Of a stretch of DNA of 64,000 nt, positions 10,557 through 19,969 are shown in pieces (position 1 is the first letter of the stretch; each line of letters begins with the position of its first letter). This DNA is from a virus. Lineage: Duplodnaviria; Caudoviricetes. The translations under genes and the position numbers were made by a program. The notes under the pieces were generated by a model. It did not search any database. It saw only the letters and a program-made list of their open reading frames with translations, and was not told the DNA's origin. The stretch spans positions 1-64,000 of the IMG/VR virus record IMGVR_UViG_2690315653_000003; one strand, given 5' to 3'.

Positions 10557-10994
10557 TCAAGGAATCCGGCTCAGGTAATAGGAATACCCATCTGTAATCT
10601 CGTCACAGAGTACAAGTAATCCATCTTTAACCTGTGTTGGTGCTAGAATATAAGGGTAGGCACCTGGCCCCTGGAAAGTCATCATGTACGTCTTTGTATG
10701 ATTGAGCTCAAAATCTTGTTGCCAATTTATTTTTCCATGCAAGAATATAGCGTCATTTATTGTCCATGTGAGAGTGTCCTCACTGATACGGATATAATAG
10801 TTATTATACTCTGTTTTACCAAAACCCAAACCACCATAAGAATAGAGCATCTTGTAATTGCCCTTTGTGTAACGCTCGATTACCGATAGGGGCTGGCCTA
10901 TAAGGTTTATGTTACTTTCCAGGGGCTTATCTTTCTTACAAGAAGAAACCAAAACCAAACAAACAAAAAGGATTAAAATACATCTAACTTTCAT
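10557..10994 (-). CDS. Bacteroidota lipoprotein (lipocalin-like beta protein)
   Basis: SPII signal ending LVSS-C followed by KKD; beta-rich body; co-oriented upstream of the protease. Confidence 0.75.
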   Translation of the reverse strand: MKVRCILILFVCLVLVSSCKKDKPLESNINLIGQPLSVIERYTKGNYKMLYSYGGLGFGKTEYNNYYIRISEDTLTWTINDAIFLHGKINWQQDFELNHTKTYMMTFQGPGAYPYILAPTQVKDGLLVLCDEITDGYSYYLSRIP

Positions 10995-11657
10995 CGGGTT
11001 ATTTTGATTAATAGGTTATAGAACAGTAGTCATTTAATACAGAAATTTTGAAGGAACCGCTGGTTTTCTGAATTGATATTGCACTGTATAATTGATCTAC
11101 GATTATCACAGTGTAATATAATTTACCACTTTTATCCTTCAGTTAATAATTGGTTAATGAAACAAAAAGGCAATATTGATAGCTCCTACCATAGCCACTG
11201 TTATAAAATCTCACCACCAGGATTGGTAGCGAATTAGATTCCCAAAACAATCCTGAACTGAGTCAGAATTAATGTCCACGTAACGGGCAATTCATATAAA
11301 TATACCCGCGTTATTAACGTTCCAGTTAATAAACCTTTTTAATAATATAATGAATATAAAGTACTGGGCCTTGTAAATAAGACACAGATTTTAGTGAAGG
11401 ACTCAACTGAATTGAAAAGATGTGATGAAGGTAGAAAAAAATAACATTCTAAAATCATAAGGTGTAAAATATTTTATGTATCGGCTTATTTTATTTAATG
11501 CTATTTGAATCTGATATTATATTGTAAAACGGTTACAGTATGATGTTTCAATATAATTTTTGCTATAATTTTACTCTTGTCCGCAAATAGAATTGAACCC
11601 CCTTATTAGTCATTGTTAACCATCCTATAGCCTGATAACTCATTTTTTAACCCATCT

Positions 11658-12935
11658 ATGGATAAAGACGAAACGGTACTACAATCCCAAAACTCCTTTG
11701 GAATTACATCCAGCACAATTCTGGATACTAACTATCTGGAGTCCCTTTTTAATAATGACCCGCAGCAGGTGACAAACATCCAGGATAAAATCCCTGGTAC
11801 TGCAGAGGAAAAAAGTCCTGTATCTGATAAAGACGCTAGTGGTGGTAAAGCCTCTACTCAAAAGGAAACACCCCGGCAGCAGCCTGAAAAGCCACTCAAT
11901 TTAACGATTGACGATTCAGCTTCATTCATTGAAAGTTTAGCGACCGATCCGCAGGACGATAGCACAGAAACTGCAGAACCAAACACGAAAAACGCCACAG
12001 TAGAACCGGCGAGTGACACTGCTGTAAAGGAACCGACCACAGCTAGTGACTCTCATTTATCACCCAGTAACATCGCTTCCTTTTCCAAAGAACTTTTCAG
12101 CCTGGGAATATTATCCAGCGAAGATGGTCAGGAAGATGAGCCGGAAATAAAGACCGCTGAGCAACTGGTTGAAAGACTTACCCAGGAAAAACAGCGGGGT
12201 GCAGTGCAGCTTCTTGAAAACATTCTTTCCAATTATGGACCTGAATACAGGCAGGCTTTTGATGCTATCTATATCAATGGGGTAAGTCCCCGTGATTATT
12301 TTGTTCAGGCTGAGCAGGTGGCTACTCTTCAGGATCTGGATCTGACTATCCCAGACAACCAGAAACAGGTGCTACGCAGACATTACCAGACACTGGGCTG
12401 GGATGCAGGTAAGATTCGGGCCAAAATTGAAAAGCTGGAAAATTATCAGGATCTGGAGGAAGAAGCCCGTGATATACATGCCTCACTGGTTTTGAAAGAA
12501 AAGGATGCCCTGGTACAAAAGGAAAATGACAGGAAACAGGAGCTATCCAAAAAGGCTGCACAGGAACAGGAACATCAAATCAGTGTCGGACGCATCATCA
12601 CTGAGAAATTAAAGGCCAAAGACTTTGATGGTATTCCACTGGATGAAAAAACGGCTCGCTCCCTGGGCGCTTATATGCTGCAAAAGAAATGGCAGCTGGG
12701 AGAAAATCAGATCTCAGACTATGAAAAGGATATTTTAGATCTCTCGCGCCCGGAAAACAGACAAGCCCAGGTTAAGATAGCCCTGTTGATGCAGCTATTG
12801 AAAGTAGACCCAACGCTTTCACGTCTTGGGCGAAAAGCGGAAACGGACAAATCAAATAAATTATTTTCCTTTCTGCAGAGAGAGGAATCAACACAGAAAA
12901 AACAAGGTAAAAAGAGTACCAACTTTTTTGAGTAA
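11658..12935 (+). CDS. Putative capsid scaffolding protein
   Basis: Acidic low-complexity N-terminus plus coiled coils, directly upstream of the MCP as in crAss-like phages. Confidence 0.6.
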   Translation: MDKDETVLQSQNSFGITSSTILDTNYLESLFNNDPQQVTNIQDKIPGTAEEKSPVSDKDASGGKASTQKETPRQQPEKPLNLTIDDSASFIESLATDPQDDSTETAEPNTKNATVEPASDTAVKEPTTASDSHLSPSNIASFSKELFSLGILSSEDGQEDEPEIKTAEQLVERLTQEKQRGAVQLLENILSNYGPEYRQAFDAIYINGVSPRDYFVQAEQVATLQDLDLTIPDNQKQVLRRHYQTLGWDAGKIRAKIEKLENYQDLEEEARDIHASLVLKEKDALVQKENDRKQELSKKAAQEQEHQISVGRIITEKLKAKDFDGIPLDEKTARSLGAYMLQKKWQLGENQISDYEKDILDLSRPENRQAQVKIALLMQLLKVDPTLSRLGRKAETDKSNKLFSFLQREESTQKKQGKKSTNFFE

Positions 12936-13004
12936 TAACCCATTGTTTGTTAACCTATACTTACCCTGATCTAACCCGCCAGGGAAGACCTATCCCTATT
13001 AAAA

Positions 13005-14555
13005 ATGCTTCAGACAATCCCAGGCTTCACCGGATTTAAGTACGGTCGGTATGCCAGCATGGAAGGACGCGCCATCGGTAAGTTCACCGACTCCAACCAC
13101 CTATCCACCCTGCGTAGTGAAAGACCGGCAGACTATGATAAAAAGATCATTGACATATATACTGAAACGCAGCTGTACAGCAACGATTTTCTAAATATGA
13201 TCAATAAGGCCACCCCTTATTACATAGAAGGAAATACAGATTCCTTCCAGTGGGAAATTGCCGCACCATTCTTATTCCCCCAGGTAATAGAAGTGCCGGC
13301 TACAACCTTAAATCAGGATCGTATAGGCGTTGACGGTAAAGAGTTTCATTTGGTGTTAGACACTTCTGAGTTTGCCAAAAATTCCGTCATTGTGTTAGGC
13401 CATAAAATGTTTGGCCCCAGGTTGTATGTGACCAAGGATCCACAGCCGTATACCATGGGCTACCTGTATGAATTCACGCTGGTCGCCGCAAATCCTCGCA
13501 TTCAGTTCCTGGATAAACAGTGGATTCTCCCTGGTACCAGTTGCCAGTTAATCGATGTGGTGATAGGAGAGTTTGATCAGGATCTGGGTGGATTACCTCG
13601 TCTGGGCCGCACTATTAAAATGTTCGATTCTCTGGGAGCCAGTTATGGTTTTCAGCACAAAAATACCAAATGGGCGGATCAGAGAGTGCTGAAGGATTCA
13701 GTAACCGGAAAGCCACTTGACATCTTGTATTACGCAAAGATGGGGCAGAGAGGTGAATTGCCCACCAGTATCGCCAATATCAGATGGGAACCTACCATTG
13801 AATTTTTGATCAGAAAGCAGATGCTGGAAACGAAAGTCCAGCGAATGATCTGGAGTACGCCTGGTACCGTTAAAACTGGTGGTAATAAACAAGAATTAAA
13901 GAAGATTTCTGGTGGTGTCTATTATAAAATGAAGCACTACGGAAACTACTTCCCGTACCATAAAGGAGAGCTATCTCCAGGACTTCTGCGAAGCATCTTC
14001 GGTGATTTATTCTATCGCCGGGTAGACATGAGCAAACGTAGAGTCGTGATGTTCACCAATGAAGCTGGATTCGATGTTTTCAACGAAGCGCTTAAACAGG
14101 ATTTGATGAACCTGGGGCTTACTGTTATTGCCGATTCCAGGTTTATTGAAGGCTCTGGTCAGAACATGTCTGTGAATTTCGGTTTCAATAGTATGGTCTC
14201 CCGTGAGACAGGACGCGTAGAACTCAAACATCTGCAGGAACTGGATCTGCCACAACATAATCGGGAGTTTGGGCAAAACAAAAAGTCCACCCCAATATTT
14301 ATGATTTTCGATGTCAGTCCTGAAAGTGATGGCACGTTCACTGATCGTATTCGCGAAGTACGTCAGGCAGGCGCACCATCGATGACTTACGGATACATAG
14401 ATGGCAGGCAATCTCACCTGGGACACCAGGCATCTCAAGGTATGAATTCTGCATCGATGGATCCCGGATACATGCTTTGGATGGAAGACCGCGCCGACAT
14501 CTTTATAGAAGATCTCTCAAGGACAGTACTCATTGAAGAGATTCCACAATATTAA
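13005..14555 (+). CDS. Major capsid protein (crAss-like)
   Basis: 516 aa; size, position and motifs (FQWEI, SGGVY, MFTNEAGF, ELKHLQELD) fit a crAss-type MCP. Confidence 0.8.
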   Translation: MLQTIPGFTGFKYGRYASMEGRAIGKFTDSNHLSTLRSERPADYDKKIIDIYTETQLYSNDFLNMINKATPYYIEGNTDSFQWEIAAPFLFPQVIEVPATTLNQDRIGVDGKEFHLVLDTSEFAKNSVIVLGHKMFGPRLYVTKDPQPYTMGYLYEFTLVAANPRIQFLDKQWILPGTSCQLIDVVIGEFDQDLGGLPRLGRTIKMFDSLGASYGFQHKNTKWADQRVLKDSVTGKPLDILYYAKMGQRGELPTSIANIRWEPTIEFLIRKQMLETKVQRMIWSTPGTVKTGGNKQELKKISGGVYYKMKHYGNYFPYHKGELSPGLLRSIFGDLFYRRVDMSKRRVVMFTNEAGFDVFNEALKQDLMNLGLTVIADSRFIEGSGQNMSVNFGFNSMVSRETGRVELKHLQELDLPQHNREFGQNKKSTPIFMIFDVSPESDGTFTDRIREVRQAGAPSMTYGYIDGRQSHLGHQASQGMNSASMDPGYMLWMEDRADIFIEDLSRTVLIEEIPQY

Positions 14556-14632
14556 TTCCTATAACCCCCTTACAGCACGGTTGCTACGGCGTTCCCGCTT
14601 ACCGGCAACCTCCCTTTTATAAAATTTAGCTA

Positions 14633-15589
14633 ATGAGTAAAGTAGGTGTTATCTCAAGTATTCCTCTTTCAGAGGCAACAACAGGTTACGAAGGTGCCCT
14701 GGCTGCTGTTAACTTAACCAGAGCGCCTGGTACCGGTACAATGTTTCTTCCCTATAAGGAAAAGAATAATGAATACAGAACCGGACTGGATGCTGAGGCA
14801 GTCTATATCAGACGTATCTCCGATGGACATGCGCAGAAAATTGAAAAGGAAAAAGTCACCAAAGAAAGGCAACGGTTAGAGCAGATTTTAAAGCTGGATT
14901 TAAGCCCACGGTCTGATTACTATAATATCTCTACCTGGTCGCCGACAGCCAAAAACAGGCCGGTTATTGAACCTGTAAAACTTGGTGATGGTAAAACATA
15001 TTTCAATCTTGAAGATCCTTTGCAGGCTGTGGCTTACGCTTTTCTAAGAGTGCATCCACATATTGCTACCTCTATGGAAGCCTACCAGCGGGGAGATTTT
15101 CCCGATGCCCGGTTTTATGTGATGGATGATGAAGTGGAGCAGGAAATTACCTATCGAAAGAAGACACATCTCAACAAAGCCATTTTTACACTGGATAATC
15201 TGTCGCTGGAGAAACGGAAAAAAATAGCAAGGCAATGCTCCCTTCCTGTCAGTGATGCCGATAAAGAGCAGGTGGTGTACAACCAACTGGACAGCTTTAT
15301 AAAGCAGGGCGTTATTAAATCAGGTCCCTTTGAGGGCGTAGCCGGAGTAGATATATTCATGCGCTTTATAACAATTTCTGATGAGGTCCTGCATGTAAAA
15401 GATCTGGTACGCCAGGCTATCACACATTCAATCTACCGGCGCGATAAGCTCTCCAAACTTTTTGAGGGTGAAATTGAAATTGCCAAATCAGAAGAACAGT
15501 TGGTGGACTACCTGCTCGATGAAAAAAATCAGGCCGATATATTAATGCTGGAAGATAAACTGAGAGCAAAAAAATCAATTCTGGCATGA
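14633..15589 (+). CDS. Conserved crAss-like protein downstream of MCP (gene 75-like)
   Basis: Position; RTGL, FNLEDP, DEEVE-like motifs. Confidence 0.55.
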   Translation: MSKVGVISSIPLSEATTGYEGALAAVNLTRAPGTGTMFLPYKEKNNEYRTGLDAEAVYIRRISDGHAQKIEKEKVTKERQRLEQILKLDLSPRSDYYNISTWSPTAKNRPVIEPVKLGDGKTYFNLEDPLQAVAYAFLRVHPHIATSMEAYQRGDFPDARFYVMDDEVEQEITYRKKTHLNKAIFTLDNLSLEKRKKIARQCSLPVSDADKEQVVYNQLDSFIKQGVIKSGPFEGVAGVDIFMRFITISDEVLHVKDLVRQAITHSIYRRDKLSKLFEGEIEIAKSEEQLVDYLLDEKNQADILMLEDKLRAKKSILA

Positions 15590-16302
15590 TAGCAGTACAG
15601 CAGCTATTATATGATATAGACCTAAAGTTAAATAAGGTAGCTACCAGTAGTCACCAATTTATTTCGTTAGAGGATAAGCTGATAGCCATTAACGATGCCC
15701 AGTATTTGCTGATAAAACAAAAAGTAGCTGGCTCTGTCAACACAGCAGGGCTGGATGGAAATAAGAGAAGATATGATGATCTGGAAAATCTGATTGTACC
15801 ACATACAATGCTGCCGGTATTTGAAGATAATTCAGATGGACTACCTGGTTATTATTCAGATTTATCGGGTCTTTCCCTTCCTTATATGTTTTTTATAGAT
15901 GCTTTTTTTATTTGTAAAAAAGGTACATGTAAGGATAGGGTGGTACATGGATTCAGAATCAAGCATGCTGATTTGCAGCAGGTTTTAAAGAATTCAAACA
16001 TCTGCCCCTCTTTTGAATACCAGGAAATGCCATTTACAGTTACATCTGGCAGATTATACGGATTTACAGATGGGACTTATACTGTGGATCACACTTATCT
16101 ATCCTATATCCGTTATCCATCCCGTGTTGATATGGAAGGATACATTGATTTTAATGGCGCACCTTCTGTTACTACCGACTGTGAACTAAAGCAATATCTC
16201 AAAGATGAGTTAGTAGATATCGCCACCGGGCAACTGGCGATGAATACTGAAAATACTCCAGCCGCCGGATACGCGCAGGCAAGAATACATCAACAACCCT
16301 AA
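15586..16302 (+). CDS. Tail ring/adaptor protein (gene 74-like)
   Basis: Position; INDAQ, DDLENL, YIRYP, CEL...ELVDIA patterns. Confidence 0.6.
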   Translation: MIAVQQLLYDIDLKLNKVATSSHQFISLEDKLIAINDAQYLLIKQKVAGSVNTAGLDGNKRRYDDLENLIVPHTMLPVFEDNSDGLPGYYSDLSGLSLPYMFFIDAFFICKKGTCKDRVVHGFRIKHADLQQVLKNSNICPSFEYQEMPFTVTSGRLYGFTDGTYTVDHTYLSYIRYPSRVDMEGYIDFNGAPSVTTDCELKQYLKDELVDIATGQLAMNTENTPAAGYAQARIHQQP

Positions 16303-16329
16303 ATCCTATTAACCCTATAAGCCAATACC

Positions 16330-17448
16330 ATGGATTTTTCACTTACTACCATGTTTGTATTACCCCCTAATAACACTTTGCCGGTAGCCGGATCCACTGA
16401 GGATCTTCTTCCAAAACAATTTGGGGTATTTGGGGCTGCCTACCAGCCTTATTCTTCTGTCAATGAACCATATCTGTACCTGGCTCAGGGAAGGTTAGAG
16501 AATGTTCCAAATACAGGATCAAAGAAATCCGGAAAAATTGCAAAAAATAAGATCGTCTCCTGGTATAAGGTAACTGCAGAACCTAATACATACGATCAAT
16601 CTACCATTGTTTCTGATTTTCAGGTCAAATGCGGTGACCAGATGACTATTACCATCAGAGCCCATAGCAACTATATTGATAGCGGTTTTGCTAATGGCTA
16701 TACGCAATCTGTAACCGTGGAGGCACCTTGCTGCGGATGCGGAGCTGATCCCTGCACAAACACAGATCCCGCTGACGTTCAGCTCATGCTCGATGATGCT
16801 ATCGCCAAATTTATGGTCTCTGGCCCATTTATGGGTAGTGTGCTTTCAAACTACATCGATGTTACCCGTGAGGGGGAAGGTGCCGATGCCAAACTTATCA
16901 TTAATGGTAAACCACTTACCCCGGATGGAAGGATTTGTGATGTGAGTGCTAACCCATGGGAATATGACAGGTTATGGTACGCCGTTTTTGTAACCAAAGG
17001 GGCAGATACCACGCAGGATCCGCTGGTCTATGACAGATGTGAGCAGATTGCCACCGTTACAACGACCCCTCAATATGGATTTATCAGAGGAAATTCTGAA
17101 CAGATATACCAGATGGAGAAATATTACTATTCCTATCAGTCCCCGGAGTTTAAAACCCTGGTAAACAATCCTGGATGGAATGGAGCCTATGAAAGCTATG
17201 TAGTTGATGGGCAATATTACGATACCTATTACCTGAAATTTCTGTCAGTAGATGATCTGGGAACCTGGGATAATTCTCTGCCTCAGGATCAGACGGTAAT
17301 TATTGCCATTCCTATCACTCAGAGCGCTCCGTTCGAGACAATAATGACAGCCTATCTGGGGGCCGCTCCAACAAATGTATCTCCTGTAGTGAGAACAACT
17401 ACCACAACTAGTAGTTCTACTACCAGCACGTTCACTTCATTTAACTGA
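16330..17448 (+). CDS. Structural protein (auxiliary capsid/gene 73-like) with C-terminal Thr/Ser tail
   Basis: Position in the head-tail block; Cys cluster CCGCGADPC; ends RTTTTTSSSTTSTFTSFN. Confidence 0.6.
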   Translation: MDFSLTTMFVLPPNNTLPVAGSTEDLLPKQFGVFGAAYQPYSSVNEPYLYLAQGRLENVPNTGSKKSGKIAKNKIVSWYKVTAEPNTYDQSTIVSDFQVKCGDQMTITIRAHSNYIDSGFANGYTQSVTVEAPCCGCGADPCTNTDPADVQLMLDDAIAKFMVSGPFMGSVLSNYIDVTREGEGADAKLIINGKPLTPDGRICDVSANPWEYDRLWYAVFVTKGADTTQDPLVYDRCEQIATVTTTPQYGFIRGNSEQIYQMEKYYYSYQSPEFKTLVNNPGWNGAYESYVVDGQYYDTYYLKFLSVDDLGTWDNSLPQDQTVIIAIPITQSAPFETIMTAYLGAAPTNVSPVVRTTTTTSSSTTSTFTSFN

Positions 17449-17456
17449 CGACTCTA

Positions 17457-17915
17457 ATGGAAAAGTTAACCCTTGAAAGAATTGAAACACTCCATCCCCG
17501 CGTACGTTCTCAGGTAAAGGAAATTCTGGAAGAGTTGGAGTTACCAGACAATGTTCAGGTTCGTATTACCCAGGCACTCAGAACTTTTAAAGAGCAGGAT
17601 GGACTGTTTGCGCAAGGCAGAACCAAGCCGGGATCCAAAGTGACCAATGCTGCCGGCGGTGAGAGCATTCACAATTATGGTCTTGCTTTCGACTATGCGC
17701 TTTTGATCGATACCAAAATATCCTGGAAGGTGGATGAGAACTGGAAAAAAGTGGCGCAGGCATTCAAAGCTAAAGGATGGACCTGGGGTGGGGAGTGGAA
17801 ATCTATCAAAGACTATCCACATCTGGAAAACACATTTGGGTATACCTGGCAAAAGTTGCTGGAAAAATATAAGAAAGGAGATTTTATAAAAGGTACCCAA
17901 TATGTTAACCTATGA
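17457..17915 (+). CDS. M15-family L-Ala-D-Glu peptidase (endolysin)
   Basis: RT..EQD.LFAQGRT, SIHNYGLAFD, WGGEW...DYPHLE. Confidence 0.9.
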   Translation: MEKLTLERIETLHPRVRSQVKEILEELELPDNVQVRITQALRTFKEQDGLFAQGRTKPGSKVTNAAGGESIHNYGLAFDYALLIDTKISWKVDENWKKVAQAFKAKGWTWGGEWKSIKDYPHLENTFGYTWQKLLEKYKKGDFIKGTQYVNL

Positions 17916-18424
17916 TCATCCTGGATATTGACCTGATTGAGACTTATAATAGCTCCATATTAGCCATCGCAGATGTAAGCAGCTATCCACCAGAAAAAAA
18001 TATTGAAAACCCATTTATTGAAATCACCCCACCGGGATTTTCAAAAGTGGGTCTTTCTTTTATCCCAAAAACGGTGAACCTGTTTAACAGCACCAGCATA
18101 GAGCTAACCAACCCGGAAGTAAAACCAGCGCCGCTGCCGGACGGTATTTATCACCTGAAGTACTCCGTTAGACCCAATTATGAAATATATACTCAGAAAA
18201 CCTTTTTAAAAACAAATGGGATCAGGGAACGCTTTGATATTGCTTTTCTGAAGGCAGATGTAAGTAACTGTGACAGTAGAAGTGCTGCCAGGTTCAGATC
18301 TAAACTGGATCTGATTTCATTTTACCTGCAATATGCCATGGCAGCCGCTAATATCTGCAATGAAAAACTAGCCATGGATCTGTACCGAAAAGCTCAGCGA
18401 CTTCTTGATAAGTTTGATTGTTAA
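17912..18424 (+). CDS. Putative tail hub/structural protein
   Basis: DVSSYP, EITPPG, LPDGIYHLKY; position among tail genes. Confidence 0.55.
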   Translation: MIILDIDLIETYNSSILAIADVSSYPPEKNIENPFIEITPPGFSKVGLSFIPKTVNLFNSTSIELTNPEVKPAPLPDGIYHLKYSVRPNYEIYTQKTFLKTNGIRERFDIAFLKADVSNCDSRSAARFRSKLDLISFYLQYAMAAANICNEKLAMDLYRKAQRLLDKFDC

Positions 18425-18446
18425 CCTGAAAAAAAACAAAATAAGT

Positions 18447-18563
18447 ATGGCCAGCTGTAAGATATGTGGTACTGCTATCTGTGATTGTAAAATAGTGTGT
18501 GATGCCTGCTCTCAGACTAACCTTACCCCTGAAGCAACAGTCGCTCCTGTAAAACCCGCGTAA
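18447..18563 (+). CDS. 38-aa Cys-rich microprotein (not in ORF track)
   Basis: MASCKICGTAICDCKIVCDACSQTNLTPEATVAPVKPA; fills the gap between 18424 and 18569 behind an A-rich leader. Confidence 0.65.
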   Translation: MASCKICGTAICDCKIVCDACSQTNLTPEATVAPVKPA

Positions 18564-18568
18564 GGAAT

Positions 18569-18859
18569 ATGAATCTGTTTATTACCAGTAATCTCCATCC
18601 ATGTCCTGGATGTCAGGATAGCCGCAATCTCATTTGTCTGATTGATAAACACCTTTCTGCCAGCGGATATAACCTATTAAGTAATTCCCGGTTGGGTTTA
18701 AGTAACCCGGTAGATATGACCACCGATAAAAGGCTTTTAATATACCGGCACATACTTTCTGCCCGAATGATTAATCCTGATTATGCCGCCGGTTTGTCCA
18801 CCAGTGAGATTATCAGCCGGACATCTCAACTCCTTTATAGCTATGGGCTGCGATTGTAA
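18569..18859 (+). CDS. Small structural protein (tail hub-like)
   Basis: CPGC near the N-terminus, LLIYRHIL; in the tail operon. Confidence 0.5.
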   Translation: MNLFITSNLHPCPGCQDSRNLICLIDKHLSASGYNLLSNSRLGLSNPVDMTTDKRLLIYRHILSARMINPDYAAGLSTSEIISRTSQLLYSYGLRL

Positions 18860-19952
18860 TAAAACCAACTATGAATGTAATGGCGTCAATGTTTCCTCAG
18901 ATTGTGTTATCTGGCGGGGAGATCCTATTCCACTACTGGGTATTTGCACCGGGGATCCGCTGACATTTCTGGAAATGCAGATCATTGATAAGATCGCTGA
19001 GCTGTTGGATAAAGAAGATAAGACGCTGGAAGATTTTGATGTCTCTACCTGTCCGGCCCTAAGCAGTAAGCTACTTGGAAAAGAGCCACAGATCGCCTCC
19101 CTGCTGCAAATTATCTGGACAAATCAGTGCAGCCTCGGGCAGGCAATTACCCAGTTACAACAAAAAGTAGATGCTGAAAAACCTACCCCTTATCCATTCC
19201 AGTTAGTATGTATCACTCCTCCCGGAGGGGGAAGTTCCAGCGATGCCATTTTACAGGGTGTTTTAAATAAAGTATGTGAGCTGCAAACGCAATTAGCAAC
19301 GGTTGCTCCAGCGGTAGAGGAAGCAACAAAGATAATGATAACTGAGTATCTGGGACAGGTATTAAGGGGACTTGGGAGCAGAGGAATAGTAAAATCGGGA
19401 ACAGGAAGTAATCAGTCTTTCCTGTTTAACTCATTTGTCCCTCCATATTGTCCGTTGCCGTACTATGGACCAGTGACTAATTTTGATGCTACCGGAAAGG
19501 GACTCGTTGGTACTGCTTATGAAGGGTGGTATTTTATGAGTGGACTTAATGGTATTCCTGATTTAAGAGGAAGAACACTGGTGGCAGCAGTAAAAGATAT
19601 TCCTGGTCTTGCCCTGGACAGTGAAATAGATCCTACAAAGGCTGATAATGCCGGTACTAACTATATACCTGGTCAGAAATTCGGATACAGCTTTGTAAAA
19701 CTACTGGCAACCCAGATGCCTGTACATAACCATGGAGTTGTTGATCCTGGACATTATCACCAAAGTATATATCCAACACCGGAAAAATTTTCAGGGAATA
19801 AATTTGATTCTGCCAATCAGAGTAATACCACTCTCAAGGATACTTCAATTGCCAAAACGGGTATAACAATAGCTAATAGTGGAGGAGGGCAGTCCCATGA
19901 TAATCGTCAACCCAGCTTTACCATTACCGGATACATAATGAGAATTGACTAA
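18843..19952 (+). CDS. Tail fibre protein with Cys-rich N-terminus and tail-collar domain
   Basis: Likely start MGCDCNK at 18843; GWY..GLNGIPDLRGR, QMPVHNH, GGGQSHDNRQP...YIMRI tail-collar motifs. Confidence 0.75.
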   Translation: MGCDCNKTNYECNGVNVSSDCVIWRGDPIPLLGICTGDPLTFLEMQIIDKIAELLDKEDKTLEDFDVSTCPALSSKLLGKEPQIASLLQIIWTNQCSLGQAITQLQQKVDAEKPTPYPFQLVCITPPGGGSSSDAILQGVLNKVCELQTQLATVAPAVEEATKIMITEYLGQVLRGLGSRGIVKSGTGSNQSFLFNSFVPPYCPLPYYGPVTNFDATGKGLVGTAYEGWYFMSGLNGIPDLRGRTLVAAVKDIPGLALDSEIDPTKADNAGTNYIPGQKFGYSFVKLLATQMPVHNHGVVDPGHYHQSIYPTPEKFSGNKFDSANQSNTTLKDTSIAKTGITIANSGGGQSHDNRQPSFTITGYIMRID

Positions 19953-19969
19953 CCATTAAATTTAAATCA

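Noticed and set aside
10995-11657. AT-rich 660-bp gap as decayed gene or ncRNA
   Set aside because: Only short stop-interrupted frames and no convincing stable structure; most simply a divergent promoter region
14579-14618. Hairpin GGTTGC...GCAACC after the MCP gene as a terminator
   Set aside because: Stem is interrupted and the U-tract is offset; plausible attenuator but too weak to call
2631-16302. Introns or inteins in terL, portal or MCP
   Set aside because: ORFs are continuous, of expected size, and show no intein splice or homing-endonuclease motifs
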